Origin: Candidatus Levyibacteriota bacterium
GTDB taxonomy: Bacteria > Patescibacteriota > Microgenomatia > Levybacterales > UBA12049
DNA length: 64,000 nucleotides
Reading direction: 5' to 3'
Assembly (NCBI GenBank): GCA_016214555.1
Contig: JACROF010000002.1
Span: 69,416-133,415 of the forward strand
This document shows positions 47,364 to 57,123 of this stretch, piece by piece. Numbering within the stretch: position 1 is the first letter of the stretch; each line of letters opens with the position of its first letter. A program made the translations under genes and the position numbers. The notes under the pieces were generated by a model that had not been told where the DNA came from, ran no database searches, and worked only from the letters and a program-made list of their open reading frames with translations.

Positions 47364-49115
47364 ATGTCAGAACTACTCTCACACATTCCTCCTGAGGCTA
47401 GCGTTGCTGTTCGAAATCAGCTTGATCTTGCCAATGAGCACCGTGATTACAGCATTTACGCTCGGCTCATGGATGCGGGACTTGAGGCAAAAGCACGCTC
47501 TATTTTTCCTCATTTTGGTCCTCTTTATGAAGGAGCAATTATTGTTGATGCTGGTTCAGGCACGGCAAAGCTCAGCGAGCTTGCGGCACAAGTATTTGAC
47601 AGAGCACACGTTGTTGCTCTTGATAAATCACACGAGCTTTTGGAAATGTCTCGCGATAACCAATCTCTTGTTAGACTTAAATACGGCGACATAGCAGAAC
47701 AAAACTTTCCCGACAACTCAGTTGCTGTAAAGTATTTTTCTACATCACTCCATGAAGTAGGCTCGTTTTTGGGACTTGAGGCAATACATGCTGCAATAAG
47801 AGCAAGTTATCGTGAAAACGAGCCAGGTGGAAGAAATATTATTCGTGACTTTGTCAAACCAACAACCACTGAACCTATCTACATGCATATCGAAAGCAAG
47901 GCTGGGTTTGATGATGTAGCTTGCGCATCACGTGGAGGAATTATTGATTACAATCTTCTTTCACCCAGAGCTCTTTTTGAACGATTCCATACCGAATTCA
48001 GAGGAGGAAATGCATTTGAATATGAAATTGTGAGTATTGAGGGACAAGAATATATCAAAATTGCTCCAGAATGGGCATATGAATATTACATGCGAAAAGA
48101 CTATACGGCCAACTGGAGACAGGAGATCAATGAAAAATACTCTTTCTGGACTCCAGAGGAAGCCGTAACAACTCTTAGTGCTGCAGGATATGAAAATGTC
48201 AGAGTAATTCCAGACCCAAATGACTTCATTCTTACCAATCGTCTTATTGACAAAATTGGTCTATTTGAAATGGATCAAGAAGGCAACCTTACTCCAATTC
48301 CTTTTCCTATGACACACTTAGTCGTCGTTGGTGAAAAGCCAAAAGGTAAAGAAGATAAAGTAAGTCAATCACCAGACCAAGCGCCTATTGAGACAGTTGA
48401 TTATGAAAAACTCAAGCAAACTATTTCAAGAGAAGGAGAAGTAGTCAAAGTAGGAGATCAAACCTTTGAAGTAGATCTCACAAAAGGAATTCACACTGGC
48501 AGTAAGAAAAATGTTTATTGGCTCAAAGGAGAGCCCAAGCAAGTACTTAAAGTCGTGAGGACTGATGGGTACAATGACCACACGTATTTTAAATCAATGT
48601 ACCAATCAATCGAGCATGAATATGTCCTTGATCAATACAAGGTGCCACACGCTCATATTAGCGGTGTTGATCCCCACGGTCCGCCTTTTAGATACTTTAT
48701 CCAAGAAGCTGCTCCAGAAGGAGCAATCTCTGTCTCAGATCTTATTCGAAATGGCGAGTTGACCGAAAGAGACATTGAGCAGATGGCTACACTTGTTAAT
48801 ATGTTTGAGCTGCAAAAAAAGTGGCAGCTTGATACCAATCCTTTTAACTGGCACAGAATAACACAGGAAGATGGAACAACGCAGATGTATTATGTCGATG
48901 GAAAAGTCTATAGATATGATGAAGCGTGGGAATTCAGACGCATCGGACTTTTGCAATGGATCAATGCTTCTTATGTGACTGGGACCGATGTTAGAACTGC
49001 TTTTATTCCCAAGACAAAAGAGTATGAAGAATTAGTAAAAGAATGGGAAAGTCAAACAGACCAAGTAGCTGTTTGGTGGAAAAAATACCTCCACCCCTTC
49101 ATCCAGCCTCAATAG
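47364..49115 (+). CDS. SAM-dependent methyltransferase domain fused to a ~350 aa C-terminal domain of unknown function
   Basis: IIVDAGSGTAKLSEL motif I and VVALDKS. The C-terminal half is not recognised. Confidence 0.6.
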   Translation: MSELLSHIPPEASVAVRNQLDLANEHRDYSIYARLMDAGLEAKARSIFPHFGPLYEGAIIVDAGSGTAKLSELAAQVFDRAHVVALDKSHELLEMSRDNQSLVRLKYGDIAEQNFPDNSVAVKYFSTSLHEVGSFLGLEAIHAAIRASYRENEPGGRNIIRDFVKPTTTEPIYMHIESKAGFDDVACASRGGIIDYNLLSPRALFERFHTEFRGGNAFEYEIVSIEGQEYIKIAPEWAYEYYMRKDYTANWRQEINEKYSFWTPEEAVTTLSAAGYENVRVIPDPNDFILTNRLIDKIGLFEMDQEGNLTPIPFPMTHLVVVGEKPKGKEDKVSQSPDQAPIETVDYEKLKQTISREGEVVKVGDQTFEVDLTKGIHTGSKKNVYWLKGEPKQVLKVVRTDGYNDHTYFKSMYQSIEHEYVLDQYKVPHAHISGVDPHGPPFRYFIQEAAPEGAISVSDLIRNGELTERDIEQMATLVNMFELQKKWQLDTNPFNWHRITQEDGTTQMYYVDGKVYRYDEAWEFRRIGLLQWINASYVTGTDVRTAFIPKTKEYEELVKEWESQTDQVAVWWKKYLHPFIQPQ

Positions 49116-49119
49116 ACAA

Positions 49120-49596
49120 CTACTGAGCTAATTTTTCTATAGCTTTAAGTGCATAAAACTTTACTCCTGGCAATATCTCATTATTTTGCAAAAGATCTTC
49201 TTTGCTAAACCACTTTATCTCTTCACTTTTTTCTCGATCACTTGTTTCTAATATAACATCGGTGGTTGCTCTTGCAAAATAGACCATGCTGATATGTTCA
49301 TGATTATTATTACCAATAATGTAATGTCTATTGAGAAAATAGGGAGGGATTAGCTGCCTCCCATCAAGTATCTCTACTGACCTATCAAGAAGACTGTCGT
49401 CCAAAACTATGTCAAGACCGACTTCTTCTTTGGCTTCCCTAATTGCAGCCTCATTCGGGTCTTCATTGAGCTCAATATGTCCACCTGGGCTCATCCATGT
49501 CTTGTATTTGTCATGCTTTCGCAGTAATACATTATTATTAAAAACGATAAAAACATCAGCTATGAAGTCAATTTCTCTATGAATATGCGACACCAC
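49120..49596 (-). CDS. NUDIX hydrolase
   Basis: Nudix box GGHIELNEDPNEAAIREAKEEVGL. Confidence 0.8.
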   Translation of the reverse strand: MVSHIHREIDFIADVFIVFNNNVLLRKHDKYKTWMSPGGHIELNEDPNEAAIREAKEEVGLDIVLDDSLLDRSVEILDGRQLIPPYFLNRHYIIGNNNHEHISMVYFARATTDVILETSDREKSEEIKWFSKEDLLQNNEILPGVKFYALKAIEKLAQ

Positions 49597-49791
49597 TGAA
49601 GTATATATAAATCATCAGGAAAAGGACAAGGGGCATCCCCTCAATAAAAAATTGTGCCATAATTGTGCGGATGAAACTTTGGATTTTGTTTAACGAGTGT
49701 CTTTAATGACATTACTTTATAACATGGCATACAAAAACCCTATTGCAGATACTGTTTTGTTGGAGTATTATGCCAGTGAAGTTCGTTTTTT

Positions 49792-50241
49792 ATGAAAGTC
49801 GCAGATATAGCCAAAAAAGATGTCGACTTTGTCAATAAGACCCAGTCTGTTCTTGAAGCAGCAAAGGTCATCTTCAAACATGGTCACACAGGCATACCCG
49901 TGGTCTCAGGAAAAAATAAAAAGCTTATCGGTTTTATCACAGATCAAGACATCCTTTCCCAATGTTTCCCTTCCCTTAAAGAATATATCGACGATGTAGT
50001 AAAGTCACGCGACTTTGACAGCATGGAAGCAAAGCTAAAAGAGATCATGAAAATGAAAGTAAAAGATGTGATGAATCATGAGCTTATCTGTATACAAGAT
50101 GACGCACCACTACTAAAAGCTGAATCTTTAATGAAAGTAAAACATATCGCAAGACTTTCAGTCGTCGACAATAAAGGAAATTTAGTCGGAATCCTTACCA
50201 AAAGAGATATATTCAGAGCCCTCGTTGGAAAACTTCTATAG
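49792..50241 (+). CDS. CBS domain pair protein
   Basis: Two CBS motifs (GIPVVSG..., LSVVDNKGNLVGILTKRDI). Confidence 0.8.
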   Translation: MKVADIAKKDVDFVNKTQSVLEAAKVIFKHGHTGIPVVSGKNKKLIGFITDQDILSQCFPSLKEYIDDVVKSRDFDSMEAKLKEIMKMKVKDVMNHELICIQDDAPLLKAESLMKVKHIARLSVVDNKGNLVGILTKRDIFRALVGKLL

Positions 50242-50442
50242 ACCTCATCATTTCATCAGTGCAAATATAAGAAATAATATCCTATAGAAATTAAAGGACA
50301 GGTGTGATAAAATAACAATCGCACTTTAACAAGTGATTACTACTCAACGTAAGGTTACCCCCCGCAATGTGCGGGGAAAGAAAGGACGAAGTTTGTCAAC
50401 AGTTCGTTGACTAGTGGCTCATAGCACGAAAGGAAGGAGATC

Positions 50443-51480
50443 ATGTTTAAAACGAGATTTCTCGTTTTAGTCGCAATTTTGGCGCTTTCTGCGCCAAGAC
50501 TAGCCTTCGCTGGAAACTACATCGACAACGCAGCAAGTGTCTTGAAGAACTCAGGAGCCTATGTGGTTCCTGGTACGGAAGGCACGGATAGCTCAACTGT
50601 CCTCAAACTGCAGTCAGTATTAACCGATGGCGACAAAATCGCATTGGTTATGCTTCCAGCATCTGCCGAAGATGAGCTTGGCATGGATATCAATACCATT
50701 GCAGCAACACTTTCTGATAAGCTTGGCAACAAGCGCATTATCGGACTCTCAGTTGGCAATATGGTACTTGAGTACGCGCCGACCCTGCCATCAGGTGTCG
50801 CCAGTGATCAAATGAGGCGTGCAAAAAACGTCTCAAACAACAACCCTGTCACTATCTTGATTACTTACGCACAGAACATCCGCGATTGGCAAAAAGCTCA
50901 TCCAGAGCCACAGACATCACCGCTTGACCCAACAGGGGAGGGTGGTATGTCCTGGGCCGTGTGGATCAGCACTGGGTTTATAGTTTTGCTCGCTGTGTCT
51001 TTTCTGTATATCTTCCTTGGCGGTTCAACCGAAGAGGAGGAGCAACAGAAGCTGGCCCGCAGAACGCGCTTCAACGCTCATGACCAGATCAATGATCTTC
51101 TATCAAAAATCGCGGTTCAACGCGATGATATCAAAGACATTGACCTGCAAGCCACCATTACAAAACTTTGCGCGGACGTCGAGAAGTACTTCCAAACATG
51201 TAGCAAGGACAAAATGGCAGATGCCATCACTTTCCAAGGCTACCTGCAGGGGGTAACTTCTGTTCTATCCGACTACATCAAGGTGCAAGGCTCTAAAGAC
51301 AATTACCGCAAACCTGCTGATATTTTGCAGCGCGGAAAATCGTCTATTATCAGCTTTGCAGACTACGTTCGAGATGCGGTCATTCGTGGCCATGAAGCGG
51401 ATCTTCTTGACTTCAACATCAATACAAAGATTCTCGAAGCTCAAGGATACCGCTCAGGGCAAGAAAGGAGAAGTATGTAG
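50443..51480 (+). CDS. membrane protein (signal peptide, central TM helix, cytoplasmic C-terminal domain), hypothetical
   Basis: GC-richer than the flanking DNA. Topology inferred from hydrophobic segments. Confidence 0.5.
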   Translation: MFKTRFLVLVAILALSAPRLAFAGNYIDNAASVLKNSGAYVVPGTEGTDSSTVLKLQSVLTDGDKIALVMLPASAEDELGMDINTIAATLSDKLGNKRIIGLSVGNMVLEYAPTLPSGVASDQMRRAKNVSNNNPVTILITYAQNIRDWQKAHPEPQTSPLDPTGEGGMSWAVWISTGFIVLLAVSFLYIFLGGSTEEEEQQKLARRTRFNAHDQINDLLSKIAVQRDDIKDIDLQATITKLCADVEKYFQTCSKDKMADAITFQGYLQGVTSVLSDYIKVQGSKDNYRKPADILQRGKSSIISFADYVRDAVIRGHEADLLDFNINTKILEAQGYRSGQERRSM

Positions 51481-51554
51481 GAGATACATACAAGAAACAG
51501 ATCGTCGTAGTGCCAGGCTGCATTTGTAGCCTGGCATCATGTATGGAGGGAACC

Positions 51555-52577
51555 ATGCAAAATAAGTCAAAAACCAAAAAGATTTCTCTGGTTGCATCTG
51601 CTCTGGTCGTTGCATTTGTGGGGTTACTCCTCGCTGCGTGCAATGAGACCGGAGCGACGTCATCCGCCTCGTGTGGCTACGTCATCGGCACCGGAAAAGA
51701 CGGTCATGATGCCAACGTCCATGAGGTCGTCTATCAAGGTCAAAAACTGACGGCTGGAAGCTACGAGACGGTTCGGTACATTCCGTGCAACTCACGAAAC
51801 TACATCATCAACGACGGGAGCGTCTACAACCCCAATATCATTGATGACGCCGGAAATCAGCAACATGTTGGCGACCGATTCAATTTGATCGTCGCTTACA
51901 CGAAGACCGGTACACCGATCACGATCGCTGCATCAGCCTATTGGACTCTCAATCAGTCCAAGCCGTCAATGCTCGTATTTGCCCCAATTTGTCACAAGTA
52001 CAACTGCTGGACCTCCTCAGACCAAGCAGGCACAGCCAACTTCTCAACAGAGGGTTGGAATGGCATGCTGGCTGAAAACTTCGGACCCGCCATGGACAGA
52101 GCAGCGCTTATCGCTGCAGCATCCGTGGACGACTCGATTTGGAAAAGCCACTCAGTCGAACAGACTAAATTGCTGGCCGACGGCATGTCGGCGGCCTTTA
52201 ACGACGTCGTCCAGGGCATGTTCGGCTACTCAGAACAGATTTTCTGCGGTTCTGGCAACTCTAAGTGGCCAAATCCTGACGAACCTGGTAAAGGTGAGTT
52301 CATCTGCACTCCGGTTCGCATTGCCATTGACGATGTGCAACTTGCACCGGTAACCCAGGCGAGTCAAACCGGCGAGGGTCTCTTGGCAATCAACCAGCAG
52401 CGCCTCACAAACGCGCAGGCGCTCTACGGGGATGATGCCGGATTCTTCCTGGGCATGCAGGACACGGTCGCAGCGTGCAAGGATGCCGGTGTAACCTGCG
52501 TCTTCAACATTGGAGGCGCAAACTCTCCGACGATTTCGGTTCCGAGCAACGCGTCGGAACCCGACACTGGTCAATAG
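51555..52577 (+). CDS. lipoprotein (lipobox LLAAC), hypothetical
   Basis: GGAGGG RBS before the ATG at 51555, then MQNKSKTKKISLVASALVVAFVGLLLAAC. GC-richer than the flanks. Confidence 0.5.
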   Translation: MQNKSKTKKISLVASALVVAFVGLLLAACNETGATSSASCGYVIGTGKDGHDANVHEVVYQGQKLTAGSYETVRYIPCNSRNYIINDGSVYNPNIIDDAGNQQHVGDRFNLIVAYTKTGTPITIAASAYWTLNQSKPSMLVFAPICHKYNCWTSSDQAGTANFSTEGWNGMLAENFGPAMDRAALIAAASVDDSIWKSHSVEQTKLLADGMSAAFNDVVQGMFGYSEQIFCGSGNSKWPNPDEPGKGEFICTPVRIAIDDVQLAPVTQASQTGEGLLAINQQRLTNAQALYGDDAGFFLGMQDTVAACKDAGVTCVFNIGGANSPTISVPSNASEPDTGQ

Positions 52578-52741
52578 TTCGAGATTATCGTGTGAGTAGT
52601 AATTTCTCAATCATGTAACGATTGAGATCACACTGGATTCGAGATCCATTTATCTCGAAAAACGGGAGTTCCGATTCATCGGAACTCCCAGACTCCATAG
52701 ATGCAAAGCTATGCTGATGAGCCGTAAACGGCGAAAGTCTC

Positions 52742-52767
52742 AAACCCGCAACAAAGCGGGTTTTTTG
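52742..52767 (+). terminator. intrinsic terminator (acccgc-aacaaa-gcgggt + T6)
   Basis: Classic hairpin plus U tract at the end of a ~170 nt highly structured region. Confidence 0.65.
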
Positions 52768-52885
52768 ATGAAAATTACTAGTTGCAAATTATAATTACGT
52801 CCTATAGCTTGACTTAGGCTATTATTTTTACTATAATTCGTAGGCTCATTTACAGTTCGGTAGCAATTCTCTGAAGGGAGAAAAA

Positions 52886-53431
52886 ATGTTAGAGCCCAAC
52901 GAATTTATTCGACAATTGGACCATCTTTTTGATGATGATCCGGTCAATATCCACTTGATCGATGGTGTCCTCATGACCCTCACTAGGGGAGCCATGCAGG
53001 CAACTCTCGAACAACGAATCGAAGGACTGATCCCGTATATGGCGGGTGTCAACTTCATCCTCAATGAGATTGGCTGGAGATGTGAGGAAAATCCAACAAA
53101 TGGAACTCTTCACTACATCAAGGGTCGTCTGACACAACTCATCGACATGATCGATGCAGCAGACGACACGAGTCTCTCAGAGCGGGTGATTGACACTGTC
53201 ATCGCAACTCCTTTGTACTTGAAAGTTCTTCAAGGACTTGAAGCCCGCAGCGGACGAACGATCTGGATCGGCGGACTCGCTGAAAACAAAGCTGAGCTGG
53301 ACTCGATCATGAACTGGATGGAACCACATCAGCTTATCGAGGTTACCAACTTCATTGCCAGCTTTGGCCCCAAGGGTCAACGCACGCTTGAGGCTGTCCT
53401 GGAGAAAATGGGGGATCAACAATCGAACTAA
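52886..53431 (+). CDS. hypothetical protein (181 aa)
   Basis: GGGAG RBS before the ATG. No recognised motif. Confidence 0.5.
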   Translation: MLEPNEFIRQLDHLFDDDPVNIHLIDGVLMTLTRGAMQATLEQRIEGLIPYMAGVNFILNEIGWRCEENPTNGTLHYIKGRLTQLIDMIDAADDTSLSERVIDTVIATPLYLKVLQGLEARSGRTIWIGGLAENKAELDSIMNWMEPHQLIEVTNFIASFGPKGQRTLEAVLEKMGDQQSN

Positions 53432-53594
53432 TATGACAAGCACCAACTGGTGCACAATAACAACTGCACCTTGGGATCGCACTGCGATTCCAAGGTGTTT
53501 TTTTATGGGTAAGTGAGAACATTCTACAAACAACTCATTCTAAAGAGTGGGTTGGAAGTGTTATTTTTTTTACACATCATGATAAAATAAATCA

Positions 53595-53960
53595 ATGAAG
53601 CAAGACGAAAAGACAAAACAAAGGATCTATACCTTGAGTATTGCCGATGTCTATCCTCACTATATCGCTAAAGTAGAAAGAAAAGGCCATACCAAAAAAG
53701 AAGTTGATGAAGTCACGTGTTGGCTGACAGGATATAGTCAAAAACAGTTAGAAGAACAATTAAAAAAAGGGACTGACTTTGAGACTTTTTTTGTTAAAGC
53801 TCCTCATCTCAATCCTTCAAGAAAGCTCATTAAAGGCGTTATCTGCGGAATTCGTGTTGAGGATATCAAAGATCCTATCATCCAAGCAGTTCGTTATCTT
53901 GATAAGTTAGTTGATGAAGTAGCTCATGGAAGACCCATGGAGAAAATCCTACGAAAATGA
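53595..53960 (+). CDS. DUF2200 family protein
   Basis: IADVYPHYIAKVERKGHTKKEVDEVTCWLTGY...GVICGIRVEDIKDPIIQAVRYLDKLVDE matches the conserved DUF2200 core. Confidence 0.6.
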   Translation: MKQDEKTKQRIYTLSIADVYPHYIAKVERKGHTKKEVDEVTCWLTGYSQKQLEEQLKKGTDFETFFVKAPHLNPSRKLIKGVICGIRVEDIKDPIIQAVRYLDKLVDEVAHGRPMEKILRK

Positions 53961-54034
53961 TCCTGTTTTGACTTTTCTTGCACGTTTGTACGAAGCAAAA
54001 AGAGTGAGGGGTACCATCGCTGGTACCCCTTTTT

Positions 54035-54385
54035 TTATTCGTGGTATCCATCGGATATTTCAACCAGCTCCAAAGGAGCAAAGTCGTTCATCCGACGAAA
54101 AAGATCGTTCAGATATGCAGACAAGCCAGGATCATTTCCGGAAGTATCGATGAATAGCCAACAAGAGACTTTTCGTCCTTTTTTGAAGCGAAAGTCATCA
54201 ATGTAGGCTGGTTGATACTCCTCTGGAATACCAGCATGCCACTTATTAATCAACTGATTGATTGGCCGGGTATTTCCGGGTTGTAAGGCTTCCAGAAAAG
54301 TGAAACGGAGTAGTAAGTCGTCGCCGCCGACCTCCATGTCGTCGGGCTGCGTTACTTGAAAAGGAAAGTTATCCAGTTCAAACAC
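54035..54385 (-). CDS. hypothetical protein (~116 aa)
   Basis: AGGAGGTG RBS lies 5 nt before the GTG at 54385. The ORF-track 5' extension to 54541 has no RBS. Confidence 0.45.
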   Translation of the reverse strand: MFELDNFPFQVTQPDDMEVGGDDLLLRFTFLEALQPGNTRPINQLINKWHAGIPEEYQPAYIDDFRFKKGRKVSCWLFIDTSGNDPGLSAYLNDLFRRMNDFAPLELVEISDGYHE

Positions 54386-54576
54386 GATCCACCTCCTAAA
54401 CGTTGGATGCCACAAGTTGCATTGCAGCTGATTTTCGATTATGAAATTATAACAGAATAAGCATCCAAAATCAACTATAGGCTTATTTCTATATATTGCA
54501 GGACATGCCCTCAAACGAGGATTTCGCTCTGCGGAGCTCAAGATTCAAAACAAGTCAATATCTAACACAAACTCAT

Positions 54577-54607
54577 AAAAAAATCCCGACTTGCGGGATT
54601 TTTTTTA
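54577..54607 (-). terminator. bidirectional intrinsic terminator (A7-atcccg-acttg-cgggat-T8)
   Basis: Immediately downstream of the tRNA-Gln 3' end. Confidence 0.65.
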
Positions 54608-54611
54608 TGAG

Positions 54612-54682
54612 CTGCGGGACATGGATTCGAACCATGATAGCAGGATCCAAAGTCCTGAGTCCTACCATTAGACGATCCCGCA
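54612..54682 (-). tRNA. tRNA-Gln (anticodon TTG)
   Basis: TGCGGGA-TC-GTCT AATGGTA GGAC-T-CAGGA CTTTGGA TCCTG-CTAT-CATGG TTCGAAT CCATG-TCCCGCA-G. It has the U1-A72 pair typical of bacterial tRNA-Gln. Confidence 0.8.
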
Positions 54683-54820
54683 GTGTAAAGAAAAATGTGC
54701 TCACAGAACACGTGCTTATTTTATCATACGCACAAGCTTAAATCACTACTTACTCGAAATTTAGAAATTGCAATCTTAGATCGTGTTATATTCGAAGACG
54801 ATATCTACATGGTGGATAAT

Positions 54821-55369
54821 TTACTGAGAACGAGAATAGATGCCAACGAGTTCGGCTTTTACAACCACATGATTTTGGATTGCGTTCTCAATCTCATTAA
54901 AAGTAGGCTTTTCGGGAAGGTCAAGCATGATATCAAGCGCATAGAGCTTAAAAAAGTAACGGTGGCTACCACTGGGAGGACATGGGCCTCCGTAGCCAAC
55001 AGTGCCAAAGTCTGTAATGCCCTCCGCACCGCTCTCAGGCTTACTACCCTCAGGAATGCCATTCGTAGTCGGAGGCATGTTGTAGACGCTCCAGTGCCTC
55101 CACGTACCATGCGGAGCATCGGGATCATCAACGAGTAATAGGAGGCTTTTGGCAGTTTTGGGGATATCGTGGAAAGAAAGAGGAGGATTGATATTGGCTC
55201 CATCACAGGTATATTTAGAAGACATTAGTGTGTTGCTCTCAAATGCTGTGCTTGTAATAGTCATACCAGGTGATTTTTCGTTCTTAGTTATTGTACCATG
55301 AGGGGACAAGAAGACCCAAAAAAGAGAGATGATAAGGCTAACCAGCAGAACATAGACAATCCACTTCAT
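54821..55369 (-). CDS. YbhB/YbcL-family Raf-kinase-inhibitor-like (PEBP) protein
   Basis: Signal anchor plus DPDAPHGTWRHWSVYNMP...GYGGPCPPSGSHRYFFKLYALD, the PEBP signature. Confidence 0.8.
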   Translation of the reverse strand: MKWIVYVLLVSLIISLFWVFLSPHGTITKNEKSPGMTITSTAFESNTLMSSKYTCDGANINPPLSFHDIPKTAKSLLLLVDDPDAPHGTWRHWSVYNMPPTTNGIPEGSKPESGAEGITDFGTVGYGGPCPPSGSHRYFFKLYALDIMLDLPEKPTFNEIENAIQNHVVVKAELVGIYSRSQ

Positions 55370-55397
55370 AACTGATTCAAAATCATAAGAAAATGGG

Positions 55398-55469
55398 AGC
55401 GGGGAACGGGAATCAAACCCGCGACCTCTTCCTTGGCAAGGAAGCGTTCTATCGCTGAACTACCCCCGC
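55398..55469 (-). tRNA. tRNA-Gly (anticodon GCC)
   Basis: GCGGGGG-TA-GTTC AGCGATA GAAC-G-CTTCC TTGCCAA GGAAG-AGGTC-GCGGG TTTGATT CCCGT-TCCCCGC-T. Confidence 0.85.
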
Positions 55470-55524
55470 TTCCATTTTCTTAATTAAAAAACTTGCGATC
55501 TGTCCGACGTACACCGGACCGTTC

Positions 55525-55557
55525 TCCTGCTGAACTACCCCCGCAGCTTCATACAGA
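55525..55557 (-). pseudogene. pseudo-tRNA fragment: copy of the first ~22 nt of tRNA-Gly(GCC)
   Basis: GCGGGGGTAGTTCAGCAGGAGAAC has no T arm and no valid anticodon arm. It lies ~60 nt upstream of the intact tRNA-Gly 5' end. Confidence 0.5.
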
Positions 55558-55636
55558 AGTAAGAGTGATTATAGCAAATTGCTGTAAACTTACAAAGATA
55601 AAGAAAAAGCGCCAGGCAATGCCTGGCGCAAAATAA

Positions 55637-55927
55637 TTAGAAATCACATATGTCATCTTCGCTGGATTTGACATATGACTGATTTATAAAACTATCGATT
55701 ACAGCTCTCTTTCGTATCATCGACTCTGTACAGTAGGAACACAAAGCGATTCCCTGAGATTCATCACCATACATATGCACAAATACCTCCTCGAGACTGT
55801 CTGCCGATCCTGCGACCCTACACGTGACGTATGTACTAACAAATTGAGGAAAAAGACCTTTTAACTCTGGGTGTTGACTCAAAAATGCTTCTTCTTCTGC
55901 AATAGAAAGTCTAGGAAATTTACCCAT
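55637..55927 (-). CDS. hypothetical protein (96 aa)
   Basis: AAAGGAG RBS before the ATG at 55927. No recognised motif. Confidence 0.45.
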   Translation of the reverse strand: MGKFPRLSIAEEEAFLSQHPELKGLFPQFVSTYVTCRVAGSADSLEEVFVHMYGDESQGIALCSYCTESMIRKRAVIDSFINQSYVKSSEDDICDF

Positions 55928-56068
55928 GTCTTTCTCCTTTTCCTGCGCAGTAAAGCAATCTTTTTTCTTTACGGACAATAACACATAAACGAAGAAGAAG
56001 TCAAAAGTGGAGTAAGTAGGGGATAAAAAAGAAAAAGGGCCGAGGGAAATTCCCTCGGCCCACTTGGC

Positions 56069-56749
56069 CTAGAGCTGCGGAAGCAGCTGATAGAGCTCCG
56101 ACGGCACATAGCCGTTGAGCATGTCGATGTCGCCGAGGATATCCTCGAGCAACTCCTCCAGATCGTCCACCACGATGGTGAGCGAGAGATTGTCTGTGTG
56201 CATCCCGTGAACGGGACACGACATGCTGGACACGATCACCACGTGAATCTCGTGGATCCGGCCGCACCCGGGGCATCGGTGTGCGGACGCGACGATTGAG
56301 GTGATGGTAACACCATTCGTGTCACCCTGCATGAGGGTGAGCGACAACTTGATCGCCGGAGAGAGCTGATCGTCCAGCAGCGAGCTGAGATCACCGAGAC
56401 TTTCTCCGAGGAAGTCGCCCATGATGGACGACGAATCGAAGTCTTGGCCCCAGTCGGAACCATCGAGTGAAAACGGGGCCATCCCCATCATCACGATGTC
56501 CGACAGGTTGTCGTAGAACGGGATGGAACCATTTCGGGAAGATCCCAAAGGCCCACCCAGCCCTCGAGTGAAATCCTCCTGATGATCGACGGGCTTGATC
56601 CACCTTGGCGCCTTGCCAAGACGATCGGCCATGTCTAGATCAGCCAGACTCACGGGCAAACGCCGCCGAGTGCCGAACGCACCGGAATCCGAACGAATTC
56701 CGCCGAGTTTCGAATCGTATCGACCATTGGAACTGAACGGAGTATCCAT
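56069..56749 (-). CDS. hypothetical protein with C-terminal HxCxxC...CPVHG zinc-ribbon-like motif; high-GC codon usage
   Basis: AAAGGAG RBS before the ATG at 56749. GC3 is strongly G/C-biased, unlike the rest of the window. Confidence 0.5.
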   Translation of the reverse strand: MDTPFSSNGRYDSKLGGIRSDSGAFGTRRRLPVSLADLDMADRLGKAPRWIKPVDHQEDFTRGLGGPLGSSRNGSIPFYDNLSDIVMMGMAPFSLDGSDWGQDFDSSSIMGDFLGESLGDLSSLLDDQLSPAIKLSLTLMQGDTNGVTITSIVASAHRCPGCGRIHEIHVVIVSSMSCPVHGMHTDNLSLTIVVDDLEELLEDILGDIDMLNGYVPSELYQLLPQL

Positions 56750-56896
56750 TTCATGCTCCTTTTGTAATTTGTCAATCTCCACTGCTGATGAGAGCAAAAT
56801 CGCTCCTATCATGCGAAGTGAGTAATTATAACAAGTATCGAATGAAAAGTCAATATTATAGGACAATATTATTGAGAAGAGATTAATTGCATATAT

Positions 56897-57122
56897 GCTG
56901 AGGGTCAGATGATTCTATCCGAAGGATAGGTTCGCCCTCGCAGAGGAGTCGAATTGAGACGAAGATCTCAAACTTGCCCTGAGCGAGCAAAGCGAGTCGA
57001 ATGGGTGCTGAGGATCAGATCTAGGAGTGAAATGACGAAGACTCTGAGGCAACGAAGAGTTCGAACTCGCGAAGCGTCAAGCCTAAAAAGAAAAACGACG
57101 CTGAAAACAAAAATGCCGTTAT
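56897..57122 (-). repeat. two degenerate tandem copies (~110-118 bp period) of the tRNA-Phe 3' end (gctgagg[g/a]tcaga...) plus scattered T-arm-like fragments
   Basis: gctgagggtcagat at 56897, gctgaggatcagat at 57007, and the genuine tRNA 3' end at 57125. gagtcgaat / gagttcgaac fragments resemble the reverse-complement of the T loop. Confidence 0.55.
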
Positions 57123-57123
57123 G

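Noticed and set aside
54695-55138. 147-aa plus-strand ORF.
   Set aside because: It is antisense to the well-supported PEBP/YbhB gene (54821-55369, minus strand), which has clear family motifs. The plus ORF has no RBS and no motif.
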